A stretch of DNA of 64,000 bases from an uncultured Thermoleophilia bacterium (GTDB lineage Bacteria; Actinomycetota; Thermoleophilia; UBA2241), in assembly GCA_963715985.1 (NCBI GenBank), contig CAVQSP010000013.1, positions 288,001 to 352,000 on the forward strand. Reading direction: 5' to 3'. A model generated the notes under the pieces. The model saw nothing but the letters and a program-made list of their open reading frames with translations. It was not told where the DNA came from and made no database searches. Numbering within the stretch: the first letter of the stretch is position 1; each line of letters opens with the position of its first letter. The position numbers were made by a program, and so were the translations under genes. This document shows, piece by piece, positions 10,372-21,399 of the stretch.

Positions 10372-11688
10372 TCAGCGTTCGGCCAGCGTGGAGAGGTACG
10401 TGCTCAGGCGCGGGCCACCCTTGGGCAGCCCCAGCTTGCGGCGGATGCCGGCGCGGTGGAACGAGACGGCCGAGCGCGACACGTGCAGCGCCTCGGCGAT
10501 CTCGGCGCTCGTCTTGCCGAGGCGCACCAGGTTGGCCACCTCGCGCTCGCGGCGCGTGAGCGGCTCGGCACCGTCTCCGGGGTAGCGCAGGTGCTGCCCG
10601 AAGGGGCCTACGATCTCGCGCAAGTTCACGCGCATCGCCTCGAGCTCGAGGCGCTCCGGGCGGTGGCGCAGGGTCTTGCTGAGGCGCTCGATCGTGGGCT
10701 CCAGGAGCTGTTCCACGTTGTTCACGATGCGCTGCTCAAGCTCGCGGTTGTCTTGCTCACGCTGCTCCAACAGCACGCGCAGGGCGGTGTTGCGCTCGTC
10801 GAGGATCGTCGCCTGCCGGCGCAGGGCGCGCTCGGAGCGGGCCAGCTCGTCCTGCATGGCCTTCTGCTGCGTGATGTCGGTGCCCAGGAGGAAGTGCCCT
10901 CGCTGCCCCTCGATGTGGCAAGGGATGACGGTAAGGAGGAGACTCTTCTTCTCGCCGCGCACGTCGCACTCCACCTCCAGCTCGACGGTGTCGTCGGCGT
11001 CGGCGCGGCCTCCGGCGACGAGGGCCGTCACCGCGGCGGGGAAGTCGTCCTGCACCGCCGCCTCCAGCATCTCCTCCCGCGAGCGGCGGAAGAACGACAG
11101 TGCCTGCTGGTCGGCGTCCACGTACGCACCGCGTGCGTCCACCTGCATGGCCGGGCTGGGCAGGCGGAAGAGCACGCTGCGGAGCTCCTCCACTTCGCGG
11201 GCCATGTCGCCGGCTCGCACCTCGTGAGTGACGTCGCGCATGGCGCCGATCATGCTGGCCGGTCTGCCGCCGCGCCCCCTGAGCAGCACGCCCTGGTCGC
11301 TGAACACCAGCCAGTACCCGTCGGCGTGCTGCAGCCGGTACTCGGCGCGGAACGGCTCGTCGTTCTCGATGCTGCGCGCGAGGGCCTCCATCGTCCCCTC
11401 GCGGTCGTCGAGATGGATGCGGCCGAGCCAGCCCTCGATGCTACGCGGAAAGTCGCCGGGCAGCAGCCCCAGCTCCGTGTCGATCTGCTCCGACATGGAG
11501 ACGGCGCCGGACTCGATGTCCCAGTCATACAACACCTCGGAGGTCACGCGCAGAAAGGCCTGCAGGCGCGGGTCCCGACCTGTGATCGGCTGCTTTGGCC
11601 TGTCGGCAGCACTCTCGTCCCGGCCTGCATCGGGGTCGCGGCCGGGGAGGACCCGGCGCAGCGCGGGTGGGATTCTGATACTAGGCAT
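10372..11688 (-). CDS. PAS-domain LuxR-family transcriptional regulator
   Basis: PAS/PAC (WDIESG, IHLDD, EYRL), C-terminal LTRREREVA...HRAGIRRKLG HTH. Confidence 0.9.
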   Translation of the reverse strand: MPSIRIPPALRRVLPGRDPDAGRDESAADRPKQPITGRDPRLQAFLRVTSEVLYDWDIESGAVSMSEQIDTELGLLPGDFPRSIEGWLGRIHLDDREGTMEALARSIENDEPFRAEYRLQHADGYWLVFSDQGVLLRGRGGRPASMIGAMRDVTHEVRAGDMAREVEELRSVLFRLPSPAMQVDARGAYVDADQQALSFFRRSREEMLEAAVQDDFPAAVTALVAGGRADADDTVELEVECDVRGEKKSLLLTVIPCHIEGQRGHFLLGTDITQQKAMQDELARSERALRRQATILDERNTALRVLLEQREQDNRELEQRIVNNVEQLLEPTIERLSKTLRHRPERLELEAMRVNLREIVGPFGQHLRYPGDGAEPLTRREREVANLVRLGKTSAEIAEALHVSRSAVSFHRAGIRRKLGLPKGGPRLSTYLSTLAER

Positions 11689-11849
11689 GACCTATCATTG
11701 ACCTCGCAGTCTACTGGTCTTGCATAGGCGGATTCTCGCGGTAGATTCCAAGCAAGTCAACGCAGCGACGTGGCTCCTTCCCGGGCACTTGGCCCGACAC
11801 CGGCACGACAACGGCAGCAACCGTAGATCGGCACGATGGGAGGCAGGCA

Positions 11850-12197
11850 ATGGAGCTACACCACGTACCCGCGGCGGAGATCGCGACGGAGCCCCTGGAT
11901 GTGGGCCCGGACAGCAAGCTGCACCTCGTGGACGTCATCGACCGGACGCAGGGAGCGCCGTTCTGCGCCGGGGTCTGCGAGGTCTTCCCCGGCGCCCCCG
12001 TGGACTTCGACTACGACGACGATGCCGCTGTGTGCCTCATGCTGGAGGGCGACATCGTCCTCAGCGAGAACGGCGAGAAGCAGGCCTTCAAGCCCGGGGA
12101 CATGGTCTACATCCCGCAGAAGAAGGGCCTGGTCGTGTACTGGAGCACCGACACCTACGGCCGCTTCTTCTACGTCACGTATCCGCACTGGCGATGA
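11850..12197 (+). CDS. Cupin protein (EutQ-like)
   Basis: MLEG...FKPGDMVYIP...FFYVTYP. Confidence 0.75.
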   Translation: MELHHVPAAEIATEPLDVGPDSKLHLVDVIDRTQGAPFCAGVCEVFPGAPVDFDYDDDAAVCLMLEGDIVLSENGEKQAFKPGDMVYIPQKKGLVVYWSTDTYGRFFYVTYPHWR

Positions 12198-12236
12198 GGC
12201 GAGCGTCCGTCGTCCAACACACACATGGGGGTAGCC

Positions 12237-13913
12237 GTGGCAACGGAACCTGAGCACCACCGCCACATGTTCCACGACGAAGCCGACGCGCAGCACAAGC
12301 GCGACACGGAGCAGCTCGCCAAGTTCGGCTACAAGCAGGACCTGCGGCGCTCCCTCGGCTTCTTCTCCACCTTCGCTATCGCGTTCAGCTTCATCTCGGC
12401 GACCAACGGCTTCTACGCGCTCTTCTACTACGGCCTCGACATCGGCGGCCCCGCCGGCCTCATCTGGCAGTGGCCGATCATCGTCTTCGGCCAGTTCATG
12501 GTCGCGCTGGTGTTCGCTGAGGCGGCCTCGCACTATCCGCTGGCCGGCGGCATCTACCAGTGGGGCAAGCGCTTCATGGGCGGCGACTACGGCTGGTGGG
12601 TCGCCTGGGTCTTCGCCACAGCGCTCGTCGTAACGGTCGCGGCCGTCGCCTTCGGTGTGGCGCCGATCGTCTGCGCGCTCATGGGCTGGGATGCGAGCAA
12701 CACGACGACGCTGCTCTGGATCGCGGTCTGCTTCGCCGTGGGGCCGATGATCTTGAACGTCCTCAGCGTCAAGGTCACGGCCTTCTTCAACAACATCGGG
12801 ACCGTCACCGAGATCATCGGGCTCGTGGTGATCTCTATCGCGCTGTACGCCGCCGTCATCTTCGGCAAGGGCGATCACCAGAGCCTGAGCGTGCTGTTCG
12901 ACACGACGCCGGGCGCCGGAGCAGGCGCTCTCTTCGGCTACGGCAGCATCTTCCTTGCCTCGATGCTCACCGGCGCCTGGGTGTTGTACGGCTTCGATAC
13001 CGCCGGGGGACTCGCGGAAGAGACGATCAACCCGACCCGTGAGGTACCTCGCGCCATGCTGTTCGCGATCGGCATCACCGCGGTCATCAGCGCCTTCTGG
13101 CTGCTGGCGATGGTCCTCGCCATCCCGGGCGTCGCCGAGACGCAGGCGCAGGGGACGGGGGCGATCGCGTACATCTTCGACGCGCACTTCCCGACCTGGG
13201 TCACGGACACCTTCCTGGTCACCGTGTGCATCGCCATCTTCGTCTGCTGCCTGGCTATCCAGGCGGCGACGTCGCGGCTGCTGTTCGCCTTCGGCCGCGA
13301 CAAGATGATCCCCGCGTCCAAGTTCTTCGGCTACGTGCATCCGAGCACCAAGACCCCGCTGGCGTCGGCGATCTTCGTCGCCGTGGCGGCGATCGTCGTG
13401 CTGCTGTACGTGAACCTCGGCGGCAGCGACCCGTTCATCGCCATCGCGCGCGTCACCGCCTGGGCCACGGCCGGCACCTACATCGCCTACCAGATGGTGG
13501 TCTTCGGCGGGCTCATCGCGCGAGGCCGGGGCTGGCCAAAGGACAGGGCCTACTTCAACCTGGGCAAGTGGGGCTGGCCGGTCAACATCCTCGCCCTCGT
13601 CTACGGCGTCTTCATGATCATCAACCTGGTGTGGCCGCGGACGCCTGACGCCGCGTGGTACGACAACTACCTCGTCGTCGTCTCCCTGGTCGTCGTGGTC
13701 ATCGTCGGCGCCATCATCTATGTGATCCAGAAGGCCCGCGGTGTCGACCTCAGCGCGACCATCCACGAGATCGACGAGTCTCCGGCGGCAGCCGTGGCCG
13801 CCGAGGCCATGACTGCCGGCGAGGCGGGGAGGATGTTGGACACCGACGTCGGAACAGAGATGCAGCAGATGTCCGCCGACGACGATCCTGCGAAGGGAGG
13901 GACCACTCCGTAG
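12237..13913 (+). CDS. Amino acid/polyamine permease (APC family)
   Basis: GYKQDLRRSLGFFSTFAIAFSFIS, YPLAGGIYQW, GFD..LAEET; about 12 TM helices. Confidence 0.9.
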   Translation: MATEPEHHRHMFHDEADAQHKRDTEQLAKFGYKQDLRRSLGFFSTFAIAFSFISATNGFYALFYYGLDIGGPAGLIWQWPIIVFGQFMVALVFAEAASHYPLAGGIYQWGKRFMGGDYGWWVAWVFATALVVTVAAVAFGVAPIVCALMGWDASNTTTLLWIAVCFAVGPMILNVLSVKVTAFFNNIGTVTEIIGLVVISIALYAAVIFGKGDHQSLSVLFDTTPGAGAGALFGYGSIFLASMLTGAWVLYGFDTAGGLAEETINPTREVPRAMLFAIGITAVISAFWLLAMVLAIPGVAETQAQGTGAIAYIFDAHFPTWVTDTFLVTVCIAIFVCCLAIQAATSRLLFAFGRDKMIPASKFFGYVHPSTKTPLASAIFVAVAAIVVLLYVNLGGSDPFIAIARVTAWATAGTYIAYQMVVFGGLIARGRGWPKDRAYFNLGKWGWPVNILALVYGVFMIINLVWPRTPDAAWYDNYLVVVSLVVVVIVGAIIYVIQKARGVDLSATIHEIDESPAAAVAAEAMTAGEAGRMLDTDVGTEMQQMSADDDPAKGGTTP

Positions 13914-13933
13914 CGACCGCGTGAGCGGGCCGG

Positions 13934-13960
13934 GGTGAGGGGCCGTCGGGCCGCCTCACC
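13934..13960 (+). terminator. GC hairpin after the permease gene
   Basis: ggtgaggggcc-gtcg-ggccgcctcacc imperfect inverted repeat; no U-tract. Confidence 0.45.
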
Positions 13961-14145
13961 GGCGTTCCGGCCCACGACGAACGCCGCGAGCGAAGCGGCG
14001 GGATGGAGGTGCGGAGGGCGGCGGCCGAGAGGCCGCCGCTCCCGCGTCTGCAGCCCGCCGCGGCTCGCGCTCCCGCCTCGCCGCCTCGCTGTTTGCCTCC
14101 GGGAACACTTGCCTCAGAGATGAGCGAGCGTGGATCGGTGAAGCC

Positions 14146-14986
14146 ATGGACGAGCAGACACAGGGTCACGACGAGTCAACGGGCACGGGTGCGGACGTGC
14201 GTGCCGATGAACCCGGCGCGTCCGGCGGTGAGCCCGGCGCGATCGGGGCTATGGACGGCGCACCGAGCGAGGAGCCGGGCACGGTCGCCTTGGACCAGGC
14301 CGCGGCCGGCGAGGAGCAGAGCACGGCGCCGATGTCGATGCGCTACTCGCGCCGCCGCCTGCTGATCCTGGGCGGCGCCTTCGCGGCCGGCGTCGTGGCC
14401 GTCATCGCAGGCCTCAAAGCCTTCGGCGGCACAGCCGCCACCAAGGTGGGCAGCGCGATCAGCGACCAGTTCGGGCCGTTTCCCGTGCGCAGCGTGGAAG
14501 ACGTCCCCGACGTGCCGGCCGATCAGTGGCAGGTCAAGGTGGACGGCCTCGTGGATCAGCCGTTCACGCTCGATCGCGCCAGCGTGGGACACTCTGGAGC
14601 GGATGCAGGAGACGGTGGACTTCCACTGCGTGGAGGGCTGGACCGTCGCCAACGTGCGCTGGGGAGGGGTGCCGCCGTCGGCGCTTCTCGACAAAGCCGG
14701 CATCAAGCCGGAGGGCACCCATGTGGTGGTCCACGCCGAGTCGGGCAAGTACTTCAGCAGCCTGCCCATCGACCTCATGAGAGACCCCAAGACGATGCTT
14801 GCCGACCAGCTCAACGGGGAGCCCTTGCCGCCCGACCACGGTGGTCCGCTGCGGCTCGTCGTGCCGGTCCAGCTGGGCTACAAGAACGTGAAGTGGGTGT
14901 CGCGGCTCGAGGTGACCGATAAGGTGCGCGCCGGCTACTGGGAACACTACGGCTACCCCGAGGACGCGCCCGTAGTGAGCGGGTGA
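14146..14986 (+). CDS. Molybdopterin-dependent oxidoreductase (sulfite oxidase/MsrP-like), Tat-like signal; frameshift near 14580
   Basis: SRRRLL signal; FHCVEGW, HGGPLRLVVP..LGYKNVKW, GYWE motifs. Confidence 0.8.
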
Positions 14987-15032
14987 CTCCGGTGCCGTGT
15001 GGCGCCGCTTGTGGCCGGCGCCTCCTCTCTGC

Positions 15033-15284
15033 CTACACCACGCCCGTCGCCTTGAGGTAGATCACCAGGCCGAGGACTGCGAGCAGGATCACGAGCGTGA
15101 TGATGCGCTGCGTGCTCCAGCGGGCGCGAGGTGGCCGCGGCGCCTTCCAGCTCGGTCCGTCGCCTTTCTCATGGAGCTGGTCCGCGGAGAGGTACAGGTG
15201 GTCGCCGCCGCCCATGGGCGGCTGCCCGAGTGTGCCCCTGTTGGGGTGAGAGTCCTTCTCGTCCGGCGGTGGGGTGCCGGTCAT
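15033..15284 (-). CDS. Small protein with C-terminal TM helix
   Basis: SD-like GAGGAG before ATG; 83 aa. Confidence 0.55.
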   Translation of the reverse strand: MTGTPPPDEKDSHPNRGTLGQPPMGGGDHLYLSADQLHEKGDGPSWKAPRPPRARWSTQRIITLVILLAVLGLVIYLKATGVV

Positions 15285-15307
15285 CGTGTCTCCTCGGGTC
15301 GTGGCGC

Positions 15308-16589
15308 TCAGACGCGCTCGTCGAACCAGAGCACCGGTGGGAACGGTCGCAGGCAGTGCGGGTGCCAGTTGGCCTGGCAGTAGCAGCCCACGCCGAGCAT
15401 GGCCACGATGTCGCCCTCCTCGAGGGGCGGCAGCGCGTAGTCCTCAGCGAAGAGGTCGGGACCCTCGTTGATGTGGCTGGAGAGGGTGTAGCGGGCCGTG
15501 CGCGGAGCATCAGCCGCACGGCACAGCACGGTCTCGATGGCCTCGCGGTAGACGAACCACAGGTGTACGAGGTTCCAGCCGCAGGTGAGGCCGGCGAAGA
15601 CAGCGCTGCCGTCGCCGGCCAGGCTGCGGTCCTCGACCGTGACCACCTCGGCGAGCGCCACGGCCGCGTTCTTGACGAGCGACTCGCCGGGCTCGCAGGC
15701 GATCGTCACGCCCAGCGGGCCGAACTGCTCGGCGAGGATGCCTGCATACGCGTCCAGGTCGAGCGGCCGCTGTCCCTGCTGCATCACGGCGGCGAGGCCA
15801 CCGCCGGCATTGACCTCGCGGATGGGGCAGCCGGCGTCCATGGCGCGCCGCGCCATGGACGGCCACCGCCGCGGCCGCCTCGCGAAACGCCGGCAGATCG
15901 TCGTCGAGCAGGTGGTGGCTCACGTGGAAGTGGATGGTGTCCACCGTCAGGTCGTGTTCGCGCGCGACGGCGAGGGCCTCGTCCAGCCGCTCCGGGTAGA
16001 TGCCGAACTTGGTCGGCTTGTCGCCGCTGTAGTAGCTGATGCCGCCGTCGGGGTGGACGGCGCTTCGGCGGGGGTTCACGCGCAGCCCGATCGTGCCGCC
16101 GCGGTCCCGCCGCCCGTATCGGCGGATCTGGCTGATGAGGTCCAGGTTGATGTGCACGCCGTGAGCGAGGATGACGTCGAGGTCCTGGTCGCTCACGTTG
16201 GTGCCGGTGTAGCTGATCTCGGAGGCCGGCCAGCCCTGCTCCAGGCCGTACTGCACCTCGCCGGGGGAGCAGACGTCGAGGCCGACGAACTCCGGGGTGC
16301 CGGGCATGCCGATGCCGTGGACGCGCGCCAGCGCGCGGGGCTCGCGCTGCGCCTTGACGGCCCAGCGCACCTTCCAGGGCAGTCCGGTGCGTGCCATCGC
16401 GCCCTGCAGGGCGCGTACGTTCTCCTCCATGTGCGTGAGGTCGTACACGAACAGCGGCGTGCCCTGCTCGCGCGCCAGCTGTTCCGCGTCACGCCCGGCG
16501 ATCAGAAGTCGCCCATCCCTGACGTCGAGGCCCGGCCGCCGCCACCAGTCACACGGCTGGACTGTGACGGTCTGCGGGTCGTCGGACAT
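15308..16589 (-). CDS. PLP fold-III decarboxylase, diaminopimelate decarboxylase-like (frameshift near 15855)
   Basis: [40 protein letters not shown] motifs. Confidence 0.8.
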
Positions 16590-16798
16590 GGGGTGACTCC
16601 TTTCTCGCGACGCCGGCGCGCTCTGCCGGCCGCGCACGAGTCTCTCGCGTGGCGGGTCGCGGGCAACCGGCGGCCGCGACCGGGATACGGCCGCGCGGGT
16701 TTCATGGTGCCTCGAGGCGGGGCAGAATCGCGGGCGACGGCGCCGCCTTGCGGCGCGACACGCTCCACACTGCGAGCCCACGAACGGGGAGGCCCGGC

Positions 16799-16960
16799 AT
16801 GAAATACGTCTGCAGCGTCTGCGACTACGTGTACGACCCGGAGGTCGGCGATCCCGACAACGGCATCGAGCCGGGCACGGCCTTCGAGGACCTGCCGGAC
16901 GACTGGGTGTGCCCCGACTGCGGCGTCGAGAAGGAAGAGTTCGAGCCCTACGAGGATTGA
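16799..16960 (+). CDS. Rubredoxin
   Basis: [14 protein letters not shown]...[14 protein letters not shown]; SD GGAGG. Confidence 0.95.
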   Translation: MKYVCSVCDYVYDPEVGDPDNGIEPGTAFEDLPDDWVCPDCGVEKEEFEPYED

Positions 16961-17045
16961 CGCGGCCTCGCGGATCGCATCGGCTCGCGTTACGGGGGCG
17001 GGGCGCCGGTACGGCGCCCCGCCCCCGTGGCGTTCAGGGGGCGAC

Positions 17046-18354
17046 TCAAGGCGAGGGGCTCGCGGCCGGCGTGGACGACATCGCACCCGGCGCTGCGCCG
17101 AGGGGCTTGAGGCCCTCGGCGAAGGAGAGGAGCTCCTGGCGCGTGAGCCCGCCGGTGACGCGCACCAGGTAGCTCGCGTCGCCCACCACGAGCGTCGGTC
17201 CGGAGCGCTCGTACCACGTTGCCGCGGACTGTCCGGCGAACTCGCCGTAGTTCAGCGGCGTGCGCTCGAACGAGAGCTTGCCCGACCCGGCCGTCGTGAG
17301 AGCCTTCTGGAGACGCGCCGCGGCATCGCCGGCGGACGCCGGCCCCAGCTGCTCCACCGTGAACCACGTGAGGCCGCGCAGGTAGAGCTCCGCCAGCAGG
17401 CGTTGCCCGCCCTGTGGCGCCGCGAGTGCGTCCGCCGCGCGACCCGCCGCCGAGCCAGGCGTCCGGCAGCTCGGGTGCGGCGGCCGTGGCGACGGCTGCG
17501 AGAGTGTACCCGTCCGGCGCAAGGTCGGATGAGAGCGGCGCGAAGCCGGCGGCTGTGCCCGCCGCGGCCGGAGAGACCTCGTAGGTGTACGTGCGGTCGG
17601 TCCGGCGGGCGACCGTCGCGCCGTTCGGCGGGGCGACCGTGAAGCTCTGGCCCTCGGGCGGAGGCGAGTCCCACGCCACCTCCGCCGTGAACGTGGCGCG
17701 CGGGTCGGCATACCAGGTGACGATGCCGCTGAGCTGGTCGACCACCAGCTCGACGGGCTCGCCGTCCAAGGTCATTGCCGCGCGCCACACCTTGCGCTCG
17801 CCCTCCTTGAGCGGCTTGATGCCGATGTTGCGGTCGCCGTCCTCGACGGCGGCGCGCACCACGGCGGCGAGGCCCTGGTAGTCGAGCGGGCTGCGGGTGG
17901 CGAGGCGCCAGGCTGGTGGCCAGACACCCTCCACGGCAATGAAGTGCTTGCCCGGCCCCGCGGCCCCAGAGGCCGATGCGGACTCCGTGCGCGTGCCCGC
18001 ATCGTAGGCGGCAACGACGACCGCCGTCATGCCGCCTGCGGAGGCCGGCCCGCGGAAGCTGCCGCCGGCGTCGCCGCCGGCTACGGCGCTGAAGGTGCCG
18101 CTGCCGCTCGGGGCCGCGATGTCCTGTCCGGACCCGCTCGTCTGCTGCGCCTTCCAGGTGTAGGTGCCGCGCAGCGCCTGCAGCTGCGGCGTCGGCACCG
18201 GCGGCGGCGTGCGGAGGAGGAAGACGTAGGCCAGCACGAAGATGATGCTGAACGCCAGGATGGTGGCGGAGAGGCCGGAGGGCCGCCGATACGCGCGCGC
18301 CGCGCGGATGCGCTGGCTGGCGCGGCGCGGCGGCTCGTTCACGGGCGACGCCAC
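17046..18354 (-). CDS. Membrane-anchored extracytoplasmic protein (LolA/RseB-like plus C-terminal DUF4367-like); frameshift near 17420
   Basis: One TM; ORFs 16990-18354 and 17046-17711 join; C-terminus VTGGLTRQELLSFAEGL. Confidence 0.5.
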
Positions 18355-18367
18355 AGCGTGCGGCGCC

Positions 18368-18502
18368 TCACTGCCCGCTCTTCGGGCCGCCGAGGAAGAA
18401 GAGCGGCAGGAAGAGGAACGTGAACCCGAATTTGCGCGACACGAACAGCGTGAGCAGCGCGATCACCAGGGAGAGCGCGAGCAGGGTCATGGTGCGGTTC
18501 AT
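18368..18502 (-). CDS. Small hydrophobic protein (44 aa)
   Basis: MNRTMTLLALSLVIALLTLFVSRKFGFTFLFLPLFFLGGPKSGQ. Confidence 0.5.
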   Translation of the reverse strand: MNRTMTLLALSLVIALLTLFVSRKFGFTFLFLPLFFLGGPKSGQ

Positions 18503-18671
18503 GCCGCAAGGGTGACGGGCGCGGCGGCGCGGCGCAAGCCGCCGCACCGCGCCGCCGCGCCTCGGCCTCACGCCCGCACCGCGCTCCGGGACCGGCGTCC
18601 GGTGGCGTCGCGCCCGCCCGGTGTGATTACCTTGGCCCACTCCGTGGACTTCGCCCAGAGGGAGGCAGGGC

Positions 18672-20141
18672 GTGAAACGCAATCTGTTCGCCGGCCAGCG
18701 CCGCAGCGGCGGTATCGGCCTTTCAATGTTCACCGACGACGAGATCCACATGATCCACCGTGGCACGCTCGTCGTCCTCGAGCGCACCGGCATCTGGGTC
18801 GAGCTCGACGAGGCGCTGGACATCTTCAGCGACGGCGGCTGCAAGGTCGACCGCGAGACGCACATCGTCAAGATCCCCCCGCACGTGGTGGAGGACGCCG
18901 TCGCCAGCGCCCCCGAGTCCATCGCGCTGTGTGGCCGCGACCCGAGGAACGACATCCTCATCGAGGCGGGGCGCGTGGGCTTCAGCAACTTCGGCGAGGG
19001 CATCAAGGTCATCGACCCCACCAGCGGCGAGCTGCGCGACTCCACGAAGAAGGACCTCGGCGACATCGCCCGGCTGGTCGACGCCCTGCCGGACATCGAC
19101 GTCTTCGAGATGGCCGTGGTCTCCGGCGACAAGCCCCCGGAGACGTTCTCGCTGCACAACCACGAGGCGGCCATCGTCAATCAGACGAAGCCCATCTCCG
19201 GCGGGGCGCAGGACGGCCGCGCCGTGCACACTACGGTGGAGATGCTGGCCGCCGTGCAGGGCAGCGAGGACGCCGTGCGCGAGCGGCCGATGATGATCAT
19301 GGGCACCTGCCCCGTGAGCCCGCTCAAGCTGGTCAAGGACTTCTGCGAGATCATCATCGAGGCGGCGCGCGTGGGCCTGCCCTCCTGCGTGCTCAGTATG
19401 GCCATGGCCGGCGGCTCGTCGCCGGTCACGCTGGCCGGCACGCTGGTGACGCACAACGCCGAGGTGCTCGCCGGCATCGTGCTCGGCCAGCTCACCGAGC
19501 GCGGCAGCAAGGTGCTCTACGGCTCGTCCACCACGGCTATGGACCTGCGGCTGGTCACTGCCTCCGTCGGCTCGCCGGAGTGCGCCATGATCAGCGCCGG
19601 TGCGGCCCAGCTCGCCCGACAGTACCGCCTTCCGAGTTACATCGCGGGGATGTAGGGCGACGGCAAGACCAGTGACGTGCAGACCGGTCACGAGAAGACC
19701 CTCACGGCTCTGATGGCGGCGTTGGCAGGGACCAACCTCATCTACGGGTCGGGAATGATCGAGTCGGGCGTCACCTTCGATTTCGCGCAACTGGTCATCG
19801 ACGACGAGATCGCGCGCATGGTCAAGCAGGTGGTCGGCGGCGTGCGCGTGGACGACGAGTCGCTGGCGGTGGACGACATCGCGAGCGTGGGCTCGTTCGG
19901 CGACTTCCTCAGTCTGGACGCGACGATGGCGCACATGCGCGAGCAGTCGCAGCCGCGGCTCATGGACCGGCGCGTGCGCGAGGAGTGGGAGGAGGGCGGC
20001 AGCCTGGGCATGTACGACAAGGCCCTGGCCAAGGCCCGCGACCTGCTCGAGAACCACCACCCGGAGCCGCTGCCCGACGACGTGCGGCAGCGGGTCCGCG
20101 ACATCGTGGAGCGCGAGGACAGGGCGGCCGGCAGGGCCTGA
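18672..20141 (+). CDS. mttB: Trimethylamine:corrinoid methyltransferase MttB with in-frame amber codon (predicted pyrrolysine, codon 328)
   Basis: ORFs 18672-19655 and 19677-20141 are in frame, separated only by TAG 19653-19655; context LPSYIAGM-*-GDGKTSDVQTGHEKT; also SPL, PVTLAGTLVTHNAEVLAG, GSSTT, GSPE. Confidence 0.92.
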
Positions 20142-20215
20142 CGGGCGTCCCCGGTCCGGACGCGACGCGGGCGGGGCGGCTCTCCCGGCCGCCGCCCGCG
20201 GCGCGTTCCGCCTCC

Positions 20216-21296
20216 TCATTCCCTCTCGTCGATCCAGCCGGTGACGACGAATCTGTCGCCGGGCACGATGTCCCTGCCGCTCCATGAAGATCCATGAAGG
20301 CGTGGCAGGTGAGGCCGGCGTACGCGCCCGACCCCTTCGCCACGGCGTACTGGAAGTGCTCGAGCGCGGCCCGTGCCACGCACACCGTCGAACGCGGCGC
20401 ACTCCCACGCGCCGTCTGCGTTCGTCATGGGTCCAGGAGCCGCCGTAGTCGATACTGCCGTCGGGCGCGGGGGGCCGCCCTCCTCGACGACCTCTGCTTC
20501 CAGGTGGCCGTTCACGCGCGGGTCCGACTGGTCGAGGTTCCAAGCCCATGAGTAGGTCGTCGTACCCCGCGCGGCTGTCGGTCGTGATGCCGACGACGGG
20601 CGTCCAGACCCGGGGGCGTCGTCCCCGGCCCGGGGGCCGGCGGCACCGGGCTCCCGTCGGTAGTCTCGATCCACCCGGCACCACTCGATCTGGATGTCGG
20701 GCGTGAAGCCCTGGCCGGCCTCCACGAACCAGCCGGTTCATCGCGGCCTTGAGGCCGGCGTAGCCGCCGGTCCCCTGTCACCGCGAGACGCACGTGGTGC
20801 TCGTCGCCGCCGGCGGCGATGCCCCCCGTCCATCTGCCGACCCAGGTGCCGCCCTCGTTGGTGATCCGGCACGGTGCCCCAGAGCGTCGCGCTCATGTCG
20901 GTCTGCCGCTGGTCCATGTTGACGATGACGTCGTACCGCCCGCTCAGGCGCGGGTCGGAGCTCTCCTGCCGGAACACCCACTCGGCGCGGCGCGTCTGCA
21001 TCGTGTCCCGTCGACCATCTTCTCGCTCTGGTAGGGTCCGTGATAGTCGACCAGGGCTTGCGTGAAGACGAACGGCAGCATGCCGCGGAACTCGCTAACC
21101 GCTACCGGGACCTGCGCTGCGGCCGGTACCTGTAACGCGGGCGCAGATTCGACCGCCGTCGGCCCTGGCGCCGCCGTCGATGCCGCCTGCGAGTTCGCCC
21201 CGTCGCAGGCCGCCACACCGGCCGCACCCGCGACCGTGAGCAGCAGGCACAGTGCAGAGCACGCACGCTCGACCAGAGACTCTCGTGTGACATCAT
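20216..21296 (-). pseudogene. Multiply frameshifted lipoprotein with two related beta-rich domains
   Basis: SD GGAGG + ATG 21296; lipobox VAAC; repeated SDPRL/VxG and G(T/S)G.YAGL motifs across several frames. Confidence 0.5.
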
Positions 21297-21399
21297 CCGT
21301 CCTCCCTCTGTCGGTGGGGATGCTCTCTCGCCCACGCAGACAGACCGGGCAAGGGCCGTTGTTTCTTCGCGTGCCAGTCGTTGGAGCCCCGAGAGGACG

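Noticed and set aside
19677-20141. Separate small genes (also 25550-25900) or nonsense pseudogenes
   Set aside because: They are in-frame C-terminal parts of MttB and MtbB, and the TAGs fall at the family Pyl sites
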